A DNA stretch of 61,637 nucleotides, the filler included, from Sphacelaria rigidula (taxonomy: Eukaryota): assembly GCA_964200075.2 (NCBI GenBank). It is 8 parts of 8 records of this genome, joined end to end, with 100 filler letters (N's around TTAATTAATTAA, not from the genome) between each part and the next. Parts side by side here need not be neighbours in the genome. Positions count along the whole stretch, not along the records: positions 30,871 to 38,487 come from CAXNAA020014075.1; positions 38,588 to 46,204 come from CAXNAA020014076.1; positions 46,305 to 53,921 come from CAXNAA020014077.1; 5 more parts are not named here. One strand, 5' to 3'. The notes under the pieces are model-generated. The model did not search any database. It saw only the letters and a list, made by a program, of their open reading frames with translations, and was not told the origin of the DNA. Every line of letters begins with the position of its first letter. Within the stretch, counting starts at the first letter, position 1. Of the stretch, positions 35,640 through 47,821 are shown in pieces. The translations under genes were made by a program, and so were the position numbers.

Positions 35640-38420
35640 ACCACTGTAAAGCTGTCATACCGGTATGCGACAGTTTTATAAAACTTTCATGCCGGTACCC
35701 GCCAGTTTTGTAAGTTCTGTAGGTCTATACCCCCGGTCGATAATTCTGTAAGGTCTGTAAGCCCCCCATAACCCTAACCCGGGGTCAGGGTATACTCTTG
35801 TGCGTGTATCCGATGGAGGCAGAGTACGGGTATATGTCCGGGGGAGGTATTAGCATTGATTTAATCCCTACGCACTCTGATTACTTGCACTTGTTCCCCA
35901 AACCCCATCAATCAACCCCCCTTCGTTCACTCAAATACACAACCCCATCAAAGTAAAATGTATAAGTTTCGTACACTGACGGGTTACGGGGTACCATTGA
36001 GTGGAAAAGCGAAATACGGAAAGAAATGCAGACCGTCGGGGCGGACCATTCCCAGACACGAGTGGTGGATCGAGTGGGGGCGCTTCACCTGCGCCACCAG
36101 CGGTATCAAGTCTCAGGGTGCAAGTCATTGAGTTTGATGGTGGTGGTGTCCAACCCTGTGTTGTGTATGGTACGGATTGTTGTATACCCAGGCCATCTTG
36201 CCGGATATTTTCCCTACCCGACCGTTCTGTGACTTCTTCAAGACTATCATACCGGTACCCGACAGTTCTGTAGCTTCTGTAAGACTTTCATTGCCCTACC
36301 CGATATTTTTCTGTGAATTCTGTAAGACTTTCATACCCCCCTCGATAGGTCTGTGACTTCAGTAACACTTTCATACTTCTACTCGATCGGCCTGTGACTT
36401 CTGTAGGATTTTCATACCGGTCCACATTCTGGACAGTACAATATGTAATATATATATTGCCCGCTCAATATATCGACGCGTCGGGTGGTCAATATGTATT
36501 GGGCGAGCAATATGATGGCACGAGAGAGGGTCAACATATATTGTGCCATCAATATGTCAAGGCTCGCGACATGCAATATATATCGACCGAACAATATATC
36601 ACGACACGCGCCACCTCAATATATATTGGCCGAGTAATATGTTGGTGCGAGAAGGCACCAATATATATTTGTCGTGTGATATGTTGGCTGCCACCCAAGG
36701 TCAATATATTATATTGACGATTCAATATACTCGACACCCGAAGCGTCAATATATATTGCCGCCCCAATAGGTCGTGCGTCAATGCGTCCAATATGTATTG
36801 GGCGGGCAATACACGAGGGAACCGACGGTCACAATACATGTTGGTGTAGCAAAATATATTGATTTTCAACACGTTGATTGGAACGCGTGTTCAAATTATT
36901 ATGGTGGGCAGTTCTTTGTTCGCGGGCGCCATTCAAAGGTGTGTTTTACTCGCCGAAAACGCTCAATGTATTCCTCCGCAAGCGTGTTCAATGTATATTG
37001 ACTGCACAATAGCTATCCGATCAGCGTGAGCAATATATAATGGAAAAACAATATCTCTGCATGGTTTTCGTTCAATATATATATATATATACATTATGGT
37101 AACAATATGCGACGCATCGCTTCGACTCAATATATATTGACACTTCAATACATACACGGCCGGCATGCACAATATATATATCTATTGAATATTTCATTCC
37201 CGGAGAAAAGGCATGTCCAATATGTATTGTCACATATTGCTTCATAATCATGAAACGAGCGATATATGTTGTTGCTTCAATGTCTCCAAGGAAATCTCAC
37301 TACAATATATATTGACAGGACAATATTCCAGCTGGCTCCAATACAAAGTATTGGTATCATATTGGAACATATTGTCTTGTCCAGGGTAGCAACACAGCCC
37401 CGGTGACCGCAGGGGTACTAAAGGGCGCATACCGACCCGCGTTTTCTGTCATCGTGATGTTTGGCCAAGATATACTAATTACATCCTAGGAGGGGATGGG
37501 CGGCCCCGCAACGGTGGCCAGATAGGTATCAGGAGGCATATATATCGGGTCGCCTCTTCTGTCACCATATTTTCTGACCCGTATATATATATATATATAT
37601 GTCGAACGCATTCGACAACTCTCCGTAGTAATGCACGCGAACTTCTGCGGCTCCCTTTGAAGCTTTCCCAATCTGCACGGGCTCCGGCATCCATCGCGTT
37701 TTGGTCTTTCTTGAAGCGTGTGCCATACTTACAACATCCGATATTTATTGACCGGCCAATACATTGACACCCACGCAGACCCAATATATATTGAACGGTT
37801 AATATATGTTCTCATCAATGCAAGCCTAATACGAAGTATATATTGGTCGTGCAATATGCTGTCGCCCACGCTGCCCCAATATATATTGATGGGACAATAT
37901 GTGTTCGACCCCACAGCACTGATACATGTTGGGCGGGCAATATGTATGCAGTCCCACGACATCAATATATATTGGGCGCGCAATACGTGAGAAGTCCAAG
38001 GGTACCAATATATATTACGCCGGCAATACATCGCAAAACTCCAACATGATCGACTAATATATATTGAGAATATATTGTATCGTCCAGGGTGTGCACCGGT
38101 CCACGATATAGTTCCATGACTGTTGTAACCCCCTTTTACCCTTACACGACAGTTTTGTATTTTCTGTACACAAGGTTTACCTCTACCCGGGTTAGGGCAT
38201 ACCCTTGTGAAAATACTCGGGTGCTGGTTCGAGTTTCCATGCAATCTTCATTCCTCCCCCGATAACTTCTGGATTCTCTGTGAGCCTCCTATACCTATCC
38301 TATAGGAAGTGTAACCTCTGTGCGAATTTCATGCCGATACCCGTTAGTTCTTCAAGCTCTGTCAAGACTCTCATACCCTACCGAACATACCCTAACCCCA
38401 CAAAAAACAGCATTATCCCT
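35640..38420. repeat. Element built of TTCTGTAAGACTTTCATACC(G/C)GTACCCG-type motifs (35640-36420 and 38100-38420), interrupted by a nested transposon
   Basis: The same motif family lies on both sides of 36423-38093, with embedded CCCTAACCC motifs. Confidence 0.55.
36423..38093. mobile_element. Non-autonomous hAT-like element with CAATATATATTG subterminal arrays
   Basis: TIR CACATTCTGGACAGTACAATAT / ATATTGTATCGTCCAGGGTGTG; flanking 8-mers TACCGGTC and CACCGGTC (7/8); dozens of CAATAT/ATATTG motifs; an extra internal right end near 37370-37390. Confidence 0.75.
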
Positions 38421-38487
38421 AAACAGCCAATCATCTATGTTGAGGATGGTGCTTTTGATTGAGGATGAGAACCCGGAGGATTAAAAT

Positions 38488-38587
38488 NNNNNNNNNNNNN
38501 NNNNNNNNNNNNNNNNNNNNNNNNNNNNNNNTTAATTAATTAANNNNNNNNNNNNNNNNNNNNNNNNNNNNNNNNNNNNNNNNNNNN
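38488..38587. other. Artificial contig linker
   Basis: N44-TTAATTAATTAA-N44. Confidence 0.97.
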
Positions 38588-39853
38588 GGGTTGGAGGACG
38601 AGGTAGCCCCCGATGATGACCATAATGACTGTGATACTGGAAGTGATGGCGATGGTGATGATGGTGGTGATGGCAATAGCAACTAGTGATGACGCTGGAG
38701 TCTCGAGTTGCAGTGGCGCAGTTAGAGAGTGAAAATAATAGGTTCACATACGGGTCGGGATGCGGGCGCGAACGTACGGTTCAGGGCGGGGTCAAGATGC
38801 TGTCATGTAGCATGATGCGGTGTTGCGATGGTGTATATGGCGGGACCGTACGAAGCGATCTTGGGGGTGGATTCCAACGATTTCTCTTTCGACAAAGACA
38901 TTGCTGCCTCATTTATGCTCGAACCGGATTGGAAAGCTCGGCGGGTATTTGCAGTATGGTTGACTCGTGCAATAAACTATTCACGTTGTGCATCGGCCGT
39001 CGATTCTTCAGGATAGTGGACGCCCAATCATCCGCTCGGCACATCACTGCGTTGGCAGTGATATCCCCCCACCACGTCACTCGCAGCACCTTACTGACCT
39101 TACTGACAGCAACTTGACGCCCGAGATTTTTGTCTGGACACGAGCCTCGAGATGAACAAAAGTGAAAACATCGTCCGACAATCAAACAAACGTTGTTATG
39201 TCCCGTCGTCCGCAGCTAACCAGAGATGGGCGGCATGTGAAACCACGCACGCACTTCCTACTCCTCCTGAAAATTGCGCATCAGCAGTGTCGTGCGGTAC
39301 TCCTGAGGGCTTTTCGTCATTCAACGGCTAGGGTCTTCAAGCCTCATTTCAATGATGAACCTCATTTCATAGAATCCCCTATTATCTAGTGTGCCCCGCA
39401 CACGAGTCTACTAAACTAGTGTCTACTAGTGTGGAAGTCGTGAGACTCTCGATGACGGTAGGAACCGTCGAAGGTGGCCGATGATTTTCCTCGGGTTATG
39501 TAGTCAAGGATTGACCGTAAGTCGTGGGGCTGAGGCAAAGTAGTTCACTCGGAAATACTCGACGAGCGCGAGCGAGTGAGCTCGGAGACGAAGTCTGAGA
39601 GTCCAAGTCAAAGTGATCCTCAGGGATAGCCAGCAGTTCGCTGGGAACATCCCTGTTACCTTTGGGTTCCAGATCCGGCTGTACAGATATGGGACTTTCG
39701 GGGCTCCTGCGAAAATAACCCCTGTAACAGCCGTTCACTAGGTTACACGTTATAGACGGAAATCTTTCCGCACCTGCCCAAATGGCGATCTTCACATTTA
39801 GAGCAGAAGGGCCCAGCCTAGTGGTGGTAAACTTGTGACTTCTGGAAAAAAAA

Positions 39854-40272
39854 TGTTGTGTTTTTGAGACCTAGGTCTGACAGGTCGGGAAAGTGGAGTG
39901 AGCACGGTAGGCGAGCTCGTGTCATCTACATCCCAGAAACTCTAGAACCCAAAGAACCAAAGACAGGTTCCGGAAACGTTCCGGAACCTCAGCAACGTTC
40001 TACATGGTTCCAGCGACGGAACTCGGACCAACGCACTTCCTCACGTACCACAATACCTCGGGTTGTTCCCCGCACCACAAATACCATTTTCGGACTAATG
40101 CAGTACCACAAAGAGTACTCCCACATAAGCTACAGAAAAGACCGCGAACGTTTCTCGCAATTCTCGAATGTGTGGCAGCTCGGCAACGTACAGATCGACA
40201 GTTCCGTTATTCGAATCGTCCGATCAGATGTTCTACGCAAATTAGTCGATACTACGGCCGCTATCACGAACA
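39854..40272 (-). repeat. Putative 3' LTR (~419 bp) of the copia element
   Basis: On the minus strand the polypurine tract AAGGGAGGG is followed directly by TGTTCGTG; the other end reads CACAACA (TG...CA with a short terminal inverted repeat). Confidence 0.62.
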
Positions 40273-42940
40273 CCCTCCCTTGGGGCTGTTGTATCTACCA
40301 GACCAAATACATATATTACGAACCCAAATTACGACTCAGACTTCTACTTCTCATTTCTCGAGCCAAGGGCGAAATCACGGTGTTTTTAAAAAAGATATCT
40401 CGGCAGAGCCTTCGTGAGGATGTCCGCATGTTGTTTTTCGCTGGGAACATGCGTGATCTCGATCACACCCTCCTCGGTCAAATTCCTAAGAAAGTGGTAC
40501 CTCACGTCAATGTGCTTACTCCTGCATGAGCTAAGCGGATACTCTGCAAGCGCAATTGCACCTTCGTTGTCCTCAAGTACCTCAATCTTACGAGGCTTCA
40601 CACTAGGCCTCAAGAACTGAAGCATTCCGTTCACAAACAGAGCCTCCTTCACACCATCACCCATCGCAAGATACTGCAGAAGTCGACCGTGAGACGCAAT
40701 TCTGCGTCCTAGAAATCCAAACTACAAGCATGGCAGCCACAAAAACCAACGCTCCCGAAACTGATCTACGGTCAGTGGCCTTGCTTGCAAAGTCGGCATC
40801 TACGTACACCAACGTGCCTACGTCTTCCGTATTGTCCTGCTTGAACTTCAGAGTTAGATGAGCCGTTTCCAGAAGATAATTCAGAATCTTCTGGGCTGCC
40901 TTCCAGTGGCTCTTCTTTGGCTCGTGAGAGTGCCTCGCCAACGCCCGCACAGCATTCGAGATGTCGGGCTTCGTCTCGTTGGCGATCCACATCAGGCTCC
41001 CACCACCTCTCGGAACGGCACATCTCCTGCCCCCTCATCCTCCATCAAGGACCTGTTATCGTTGGTAAGGGAAGCAGGGATCGAGCTGGTGCGACAAATA
41101 TTGAATCTCTCGAGAACACTCCTGATGTATATGTCTTGAGGAATCTCAATTGTGCCAGCCTCGCGGTCGCGAATAAATGCGCAACCAAGAAAGAACTTGA
41201 CCTCTCACGCAAATTCTTCGTATGAAGAGAGTAATCTAGCGCTTTCACTGCCACTTTGGCAAGACTCTTAGTTCCTGCATACAGAATGTCATCCACGTGA
41301 ATCGCGACCATACCGACCACCTCGTCTCCCATCATGAAATGCAGAACACAGGGGTCAGACAGAGACTGCTCGAAACCATTCCTTTTCAGGTCCGACACTA
41401 GCCTTTTGTAAAATGTTCCAGATGCCTGCTTCAATCCGTGCAAACTCTTCTTCAAACGGACAACCTTTCCTAATATCGAACCGAAGCCAGGAGACAACTT
41501 CATGAACACCTCGTGATCCAATTCCGGCTGAACAAACGCTTGCTCAATATCCCAGTGGAGTAATTTCAAGTTGTACTTGCACGCCAGCGCTACTAACAAT
41601 CGCATCGATGCAGCATTTGCAGTAGGCGAGAAAGTCTCAGGATAGTCCACACCATACTTCTGCTTGAAGCCCTTCGCTACAAGCCTAGCCTTGGCTTTCA
41701 TTATCTTCCCTGTTTCGTCTGCTTTCCATTTGAAGAACCATCTAGCATCAATCACATTACAGCCTACTGAGATCTTTACTGCTAACGTGAACATTCCTGT
41801 TCTTATCAAGCCTTCAACTTTTGCAGACATGGCTCCATCCCAAATCTCTGCGTGCTTCGATTGCCGGGCTTCTTGATAGCTACCAGGCTCTGACTCAACA
41901 TCCTGAAGAAGTTCTTTCGGGAGTTCCACGGCGTCACCTGCTCTCTGTTCCGCTAAGAGTGCATACATTATCTCTGATGCGGAGATGGGTCCTAGGGTGG
42001 CCACAAGGCAAGACACGCTCTGCTGATTAACTGCACGAGTTTGCGCACGAGTTCTACCTTCTCTTACTTCATCATTCTCACGCGCAGCAATATTAAAATC
42101 AACAAGCTCAGCGACATGCCGCGGGCGGCGAGCGGCTGGAGGAGGCGCCTCCGCCTATACTTCCTGCCCTCCCGGCCCAATCGACTCTACCTCATCATCT
42201 CCTCCCGGATCCACCGTCTCTACTTCCCCTGTCTCCTGCCCTCCCTGCCCCTCCCTATCTATCTCAAGTGCTGGAGAAGGAAGACACAGAGGGAGCCGCT
42301 CTACTAGAAGAGTTGTTCACGGGCGAAGACGGTACAGAGGGGGAAGATGGAACAGAAGGGGACTGGCCTACACTGCCTGCATCAACACTACCAACCTCAT
42401 CGATTCCTGCAACATAGGGTTCACGATTCTCCTCGAGTCCTGCACCATAGGGTAACACTGCATCACGATTCACACGAATGCGAATGTGTTGAATTCCCCT
42501 CCTTGCAAGAGGCCACACTTCAGCTTCTACATCGTCGTCACTTTCCTCCCCTCTCTCTTCCGCGATCTCAATCGGCAGAGGAGGTTGCGGTGGAGGGAGC
42601 TGTGACGGCAACGCTTCCCAAGTCACATCCCTCGTTTCCTGAATAGTCTCAGCCCTCGTCAGCACTCTATGACAATCACGCGGGTGGTCTCTCGAAGGAT
42701 CGACATAATAGCAAATTTCACCCTTCGGTAGCAGCTTAGACGGTCGCTGCCACCTGCAGTACGCCAGCTTCAAAAACGGATACGGTCTAGCAGAACGAGG
42801 CTCTCCACACCACATCTCATACGGCGACTTAGAGTCAGGGTTAGCAGAGCACGCTGTGTGATCAAGTGCTTCGCAAGCCCAGTGCATTGCCTAAGCCCAG
42901 AGTCTGTCAGTCTTAGGTAACTGCACATGTGTGTTGGGAC
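39854..42940 (-). mobile_element. Decayed, 5'-truncated Ty1/copia LTR retrotransposon (integrase C-terminus, RT, RNase H)
   Basis: Integrase: LWA*AMHWACEALDHTACSANP..KSPYEMW. RT: KARLVAKGFKQKYGVDYPETFSP, WDIEQAF, LKKSLHGLKQA, AIHVDDILY. RNase H: YVDADFASKATDRRSVSG, EDNEGAIALA, RSKHIDVRYHFLR, HADILTKAL. INT-RT-RH order; several frameshifts and stops. Confidence 0.95.
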
Positions 42941-44749
42941 ACATATCGGTCGATTCGGCTGATACAGGATCGACGGACTGTGAGCACGGGCGGTCGTGGG
43001 ACGTTTGGGGGGTGTTCGGTTGTGTGGCAAAAGACGTCTTGCGTGTGCGCTCGTACCTGAAGCGCCTTGTGGTTCGGTCGCCACTGCCTGAAGCCAACCT
43101 GGGTACTGTATGACACATCGAAAATCTGAAGCTAGACCCGAGTCGGAGGGTTCGTCAACTCGAAGTAGAAAAGGAGGCAGCTGCCTTATGAAAAAAATCA
43201 GCTGATCACCCGTTGAACGGTATATACAAAGTCAAGTGAAAATCAAAGACCGAAAATACAGGACTTGAAAAAACAAACAAACGAAAGCTTGTGGTTGGCT
43301 GATGCGTGAGCAGCAGCCGGCGAGAGAGAAAACCGTACAGCTTGAGGTAACAAGCTACCTCTGGAGCCCCATGAATGCCGTGGTATTCGGCCAGCAGAGC
43401 AGGCCACACCCCAAGGTGGATGAGATTGTGGCAAGCCCGTCCTGTGATCAACTCGTTTTATCGGGTTCTTTCTCTTTTAATCAACTGGCTGTTTGAGGAA
43501 TCATACAGCCCAAGGCCAGAATACAAGAAACAATTGTGGATGAGGGTAAAAGTACAGCACAACAAGAGACTCACGTCAATGCTGTGGCTTGCGAGACTGT
43601 AGGCAGGGAGACCGATGGTGGTTTCGTGATCGTAAAAAGCTCTTCTTGTATCCAATAGATGCCTGCAGACTTGCCGGTGGGTCAAGTGACCTCGGTAGGC
43701 GAGGTATAACAGCTGGGGAAAGCTATTCTGTCAGTACGTCCTCCTGACCCGCTTACAACCTTGTTATAGTACAAAATCACCTTGACGCGCCGTGCCTTTA
43801 GCCAAAGCTGTAGTAGTAGCAGGTACACACGGCTGATCAGGTACAATCTTGTACCCTGCTTCAAGCAGCTGCATCAACGAATAAAAACAATCCGAATCCT
43901 GCCTTACACAGACACACATTCGACAAGAATATTTCCATACCCGCCGGTCGTTTCTGGGGACCATCTGCAAATCCCAAAGAACTAGCTTAATTCAGGCACT
44001 CAGTCATTTACCATCACGAAAAACCGATTAGTGCCTGAAACAGTTTCAGTTCCAAAATGCCCCCGAGGCGTAAAAATGCTTTGTGCGTCATCTCACCAAC
44101 CAGACCGCCGGATTCCTCGAATGGGGTACTGTACGGTAGCTGCATACACAGCACGTGTGCTCAAGCAAAAAAAAAAGTTGCCTGTTAGGAACGCTAGAGC
44201 ATCCACTCTGAATCTGAAACTACCCTCTGAATCTCACAAATATGGTGTTTTAATGTGACGTGAGCTTTAAAAACAGAAGATGACAATACCCCGCCGGTGG
44301 GAGTTGAGTGCAACGTGCCCGTGCCATATCTTTTGCGCACGAATTACACCCGTGCCGTGCCTTCCCCGCCTTTCCGTAAAAAATAAAGAACCCTCGAAGG
44401 ACGAGCACGACGTCTAAACTAATCGCGGTGCCATCAGCATTAATGTGCAAACAACAACAACAACGCTCAACAGCGAAGTATTCCACCTCTAGTTAGGGGG
44501 CAGCGAAAAATAAATTTCAGGACACGTAGGCCCCAAGATCAAAAATTTGAGTTTTTGAGGGGGAAGGGGAGGACACCCAGCCGCGTGTCCCTGTTTTTTT
44601 TGCCGAAGCGTTGGTGGATGCGGTCAGCTGCCGTAGACAGTAGAGATGCGTATATATTATATATCATGTATTATATATTGTATATGATACAAGGTTCCCC
44701 TTCTGGAGGTTGGCACGGGCCTCCCGGGGGTGACGCAAGTCGAAAGTAT

Positions 44750-46130
44750 TAAATATACTTCGTACGAGTATGCCTTTTCAGTGCGCTGCAAAAGAAAGCG
44801 TGGGGAAACTTGCCTTGCTGGGAGAGAATACTCGGCAAAAAAGGTGAAAATGTGAAATGATACATGTACATTATACTCATGGGTTGAATGAAGGAAGATA
44901 AAGCGCGCGAGTCATCGCTTTGTCCGCTTCGATCGAGCAAGTATATTTTGCCTTCCGCGAAAAATAAGCAGACGTGAACAAACAAACACAACTGATGAGG
45001 GAGCCTCCAACTACATAGAACGATGTTTTCGTGAGATTGAGAGTAGAGGATACGGTTGAGAAGAAAAAGCGATCAATTAGTGACTTAATCGTTTCAGTTC
45101 CGAAATATCCCTCCGCGAGGCCCTTACCGAAGCAGTGGGCTAACTCACAGTTATTAACCTGCGAAGCACCGGCACAGAGATGATCCTGTGAAGTCAGCGT
45201 TGCACCAAAAGCAAAAGACTTTCCTTCGGAATAAAATCTTACCGTTTTGCCCTGTAGTGCGCACTGCTGCAGCACACAGCACCAGATATAGCGACTTGGA
45301 ACTGTTGACTGTGGTTTGCACAGCCCACGAGTGATGTTTCAGCGCCTCGTAGCGGCTGCAGCGCGCTTGGGGCCGTGCGCCACGAAGTGCGCAGCTCAAT
45401 AGACTGTATGCCGATCGGTGCACTACAGATGGTCATGATCCAGAAAGGTACAGACCGGTGCCAGTTTGCTACCGCGTCGGCCGTCCAGTCGCTCAACATG
45501 TCTAGGTTCATGAATCTGCGCATGCATATATGCATTGGCCTGTAGTGCGACACTGGTATAGACCTAAAGAAATGAACATAAACAACGATTGGTAATCGAT
45601 TTGACTTGGTTTCAGACTGAAGAAAGTTCTGAGAAAAATCATGATTTGGGGGCAGGTGATCAGTGGTGAGCAGTAGAAACAGGTCGTCCAGAACGTGTTT
45701 TTGGTCCAAAATCGGGTCAAAGGCGTCGATTTGAGCTCTCAAAAGGGGTCGATTCGAGTTCTCGTAACGCACGCTTTAGCTACGAAACGGCACCTCCCTT
45801 GCCCGAGAGTTCTCGGTATGCCTTGGTCGATGTTAGTGCTAGGGTTAGCGTTAGGGTTGGTGCATCTCCATAGCACCAACCATTGTTTACGTACATTTCT
45901 TCAAGCCCTCTCGGTGAAGTACAGGGAGGCATCCTTGTCACAAGGACATTCTTGCGCCAGTACTTCACACAGGTGCATCCTTTGAGGGAACTATCTGTTA
46001 CGGGTTGCATGACCACAGGGGTTTGGTCACCCCCTGCGCTTGTCGACCACAGCTGACCGGCAGTGAGGACGTTTGCCCACGTGTGTGCCTTGTTCAACTC
46101 GCCAACAGCTCATTGCACGGTCTTGGTTTA
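44750..46130 (-). pseudogene. Degenerate spliced ORF resembling the catalytic region of a KDZ-type transposase
   Basis: Fragments bounded by AG/GT read, in order, QLWSTSAGG, ECPCDKDASLYFTERA*RNV, CMRRFMNLDMLSDWTADAVANWH, GYFGTETIKSLIDRFF. The order recalls KDZ motifs (W..sGG..CPCG..RAES.RD...D...A.H...L.DRFH). Frameshifts and stops are present. Confidence 0.35.
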
Positions 46131-46204
46131 GCTGCTAACAGGGTTGCCAGAAAAATGAGAACGTATTTTGAAATGAGAATCAACCGCTCCCCGGGATTGT
46201 GCCC

Positions 46205-46304
46205 NNNNNNNNNNNNNNNNNNNNNNNNNNNNNNNNNNNNNNNNNNNNTTAATTAATTAANNNNNNNNNNNNNNNNNNNNNNNNNNNNNNNNNNNNNNNN
46301 NNNN
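46205..46304. other. Artificial contig linker
   Basis: N44-TTAATTAATTAA-N44. Confidence 0.97.
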
Positions 46305-46599
46305 AAGAGCTGGGGAGTCCCTCAACAGCATTTAGACGCTGCAGTACTAGCAGACCTGCTAGCGTCACAGCGTACAAACGAAAGGAAAAGTGCGCTAGAA
46401 TCCTCGTGAAACATACGCAAGTCTTACCGAGGAGACCAAATTCGCCAAGGCCTACATTCCGCCAATAATCCGTTATGGGAAGGTTCCGAAGGGCGCTTCT
46501 CACAGATAATGTTTTTCAGTCTACGAGTATAAGACCCGCTTTGATGACAACGAATCTCGATTTTTTTGGACACCGATTAAGAAACAAATCGGCGGGAAA

Positions 46600-47460
46600 C
46601 AATCCTTCGAGTAAAGTGCCGTACCTTGGTACCACAGGGTGATACAGTGCAGGACAGTACATCAGTACAGTACATGATAATGCCGTGTGGTGGTACATGG
46701 CACAGCCGGTATTGCGGGAGCAGAGAACAAACAGTGCGCGAGCAGAATTCAGTAGTGCAGTGCCGTACATCACCCCTCAAGCACAGCGACAACAGCTAGG
46801 AATACGGAATCTTTCAAATTGGGGATGCATATTTTGTTGCGGATGAGAAACCCGAAGAATTAGAATCTTCGTATCCACACCAAATCTTCAAAATATAGCT
46901 CCATTTCTTCGCCTACTGATAGCTATTGACAGCTGCTACACGCCCTCGAAAGTTGGATTTCGATCACCTAAATGTTGGGGCTCTAGGTTAAAAACCAATT
47001 TTGGGGAATTTCTGGTGTCCGAACGGACGCCAAAATAGTTCCGAAATTGTTTTCACCCATGACCCCAACATTTCGGTGACTGAAATCCATATTTCCATGT
47101 CGTGTAGCAGTTGTCAGGAGCTATCAGTTGACGAAGAAATGGAAGAATATTTCGAAGGTTTAGTGTGGATAAAAAGATTTTAATTCACCGGGTTTCTTAT
47201 CCCAATGGTAAAAGATCCATCCATCCCCAATTTGTAAGATCCCGTGTTTAGGAGAGTACGTTCGTTATAGTGATACATATGGCAGCGCAGTGCAGCATAA
47301 AATATTTTTATGACCAAGGCGTCAGCACTTATTATTCGTCCGTCAAACCCCGTGCGAAGTTGCTTCAGCAGCTGGGCCGGGCAGTAGGCACGCCCTGTGC
47401 TGTCAGGAGACTGTCTTCTGCTGCCGTTGCAAAAATATCAAACGCCTCGTACCTCACCAT
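46600..47460 (+). repeat. Dispersed repeat interrupted by a MITE; uninterrupted copy at ~51925-52350
   Basis: AATCCTTCGAGTA...GTACCTTGGTACC...CATGATAATGCCGTGTGG...TACATCACCC...ATAGTGATACA.ATGGCAGCGCAG...TTGCAAAAATATCAAACGCCTCGT shared. Confidence 0.78.
46801..47248. mobile_element. ~450-bp MITE with ~190-bp inverted arms and apparent 4-bp TSD TAGG
   Basis: AATACGGAATCTTTCAAATTGGGGATG ... CATCCCCAATTTGTAAGATCCCGTGTT; TAGG on both sides; empty site at ~52120-52140. A fragment of the same arm lies at ~38455-38487. Confidence 0.75.
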
Positions 47461-47821
47461 GCCCCGGACGTGAAAACTGTTCGCGACTCATGATGGAAGG
47501 CATCTCGGAAAAAACGTTCCGCGGCTTATAATAAAAAAAGTGGCATCGAAAAAGCAGTTCGCAGCTCATGATAAGAAGTGGCATCTCGAACGGTCAAACG
47601 GAACCCATGGGAACCCCCAGTCCCACGCAACACAGCGCAGGAAGCTTGTAGAGTAGAGAATGTTTGAACTCCAAACCCTCCAAACGCGAGAAGTGTACCG
47701 CAATGGTTGCACATTTTATTGTTGAGGTCGGACAGGACAGGGTGTACTTCAGCTCGTGATATTCAGGAGGGAAACGGTGTTGTCTCCAAAAGTCACACCG
47801 CCAACAAATGATGCCGATCAA

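Noticed and set aside
39858..40529. 223-aa plus-strand ORF
   Set aside because: It is antisense to the copia RNase H and LTR, with no recognisable domain.
43190..43985. Coding-like stretch upstream of the copia fragment (possible gag)
   Set aside because: No zinc knuckle, protease or GAG-pre-integrase motif in any frame, and multiple stops.
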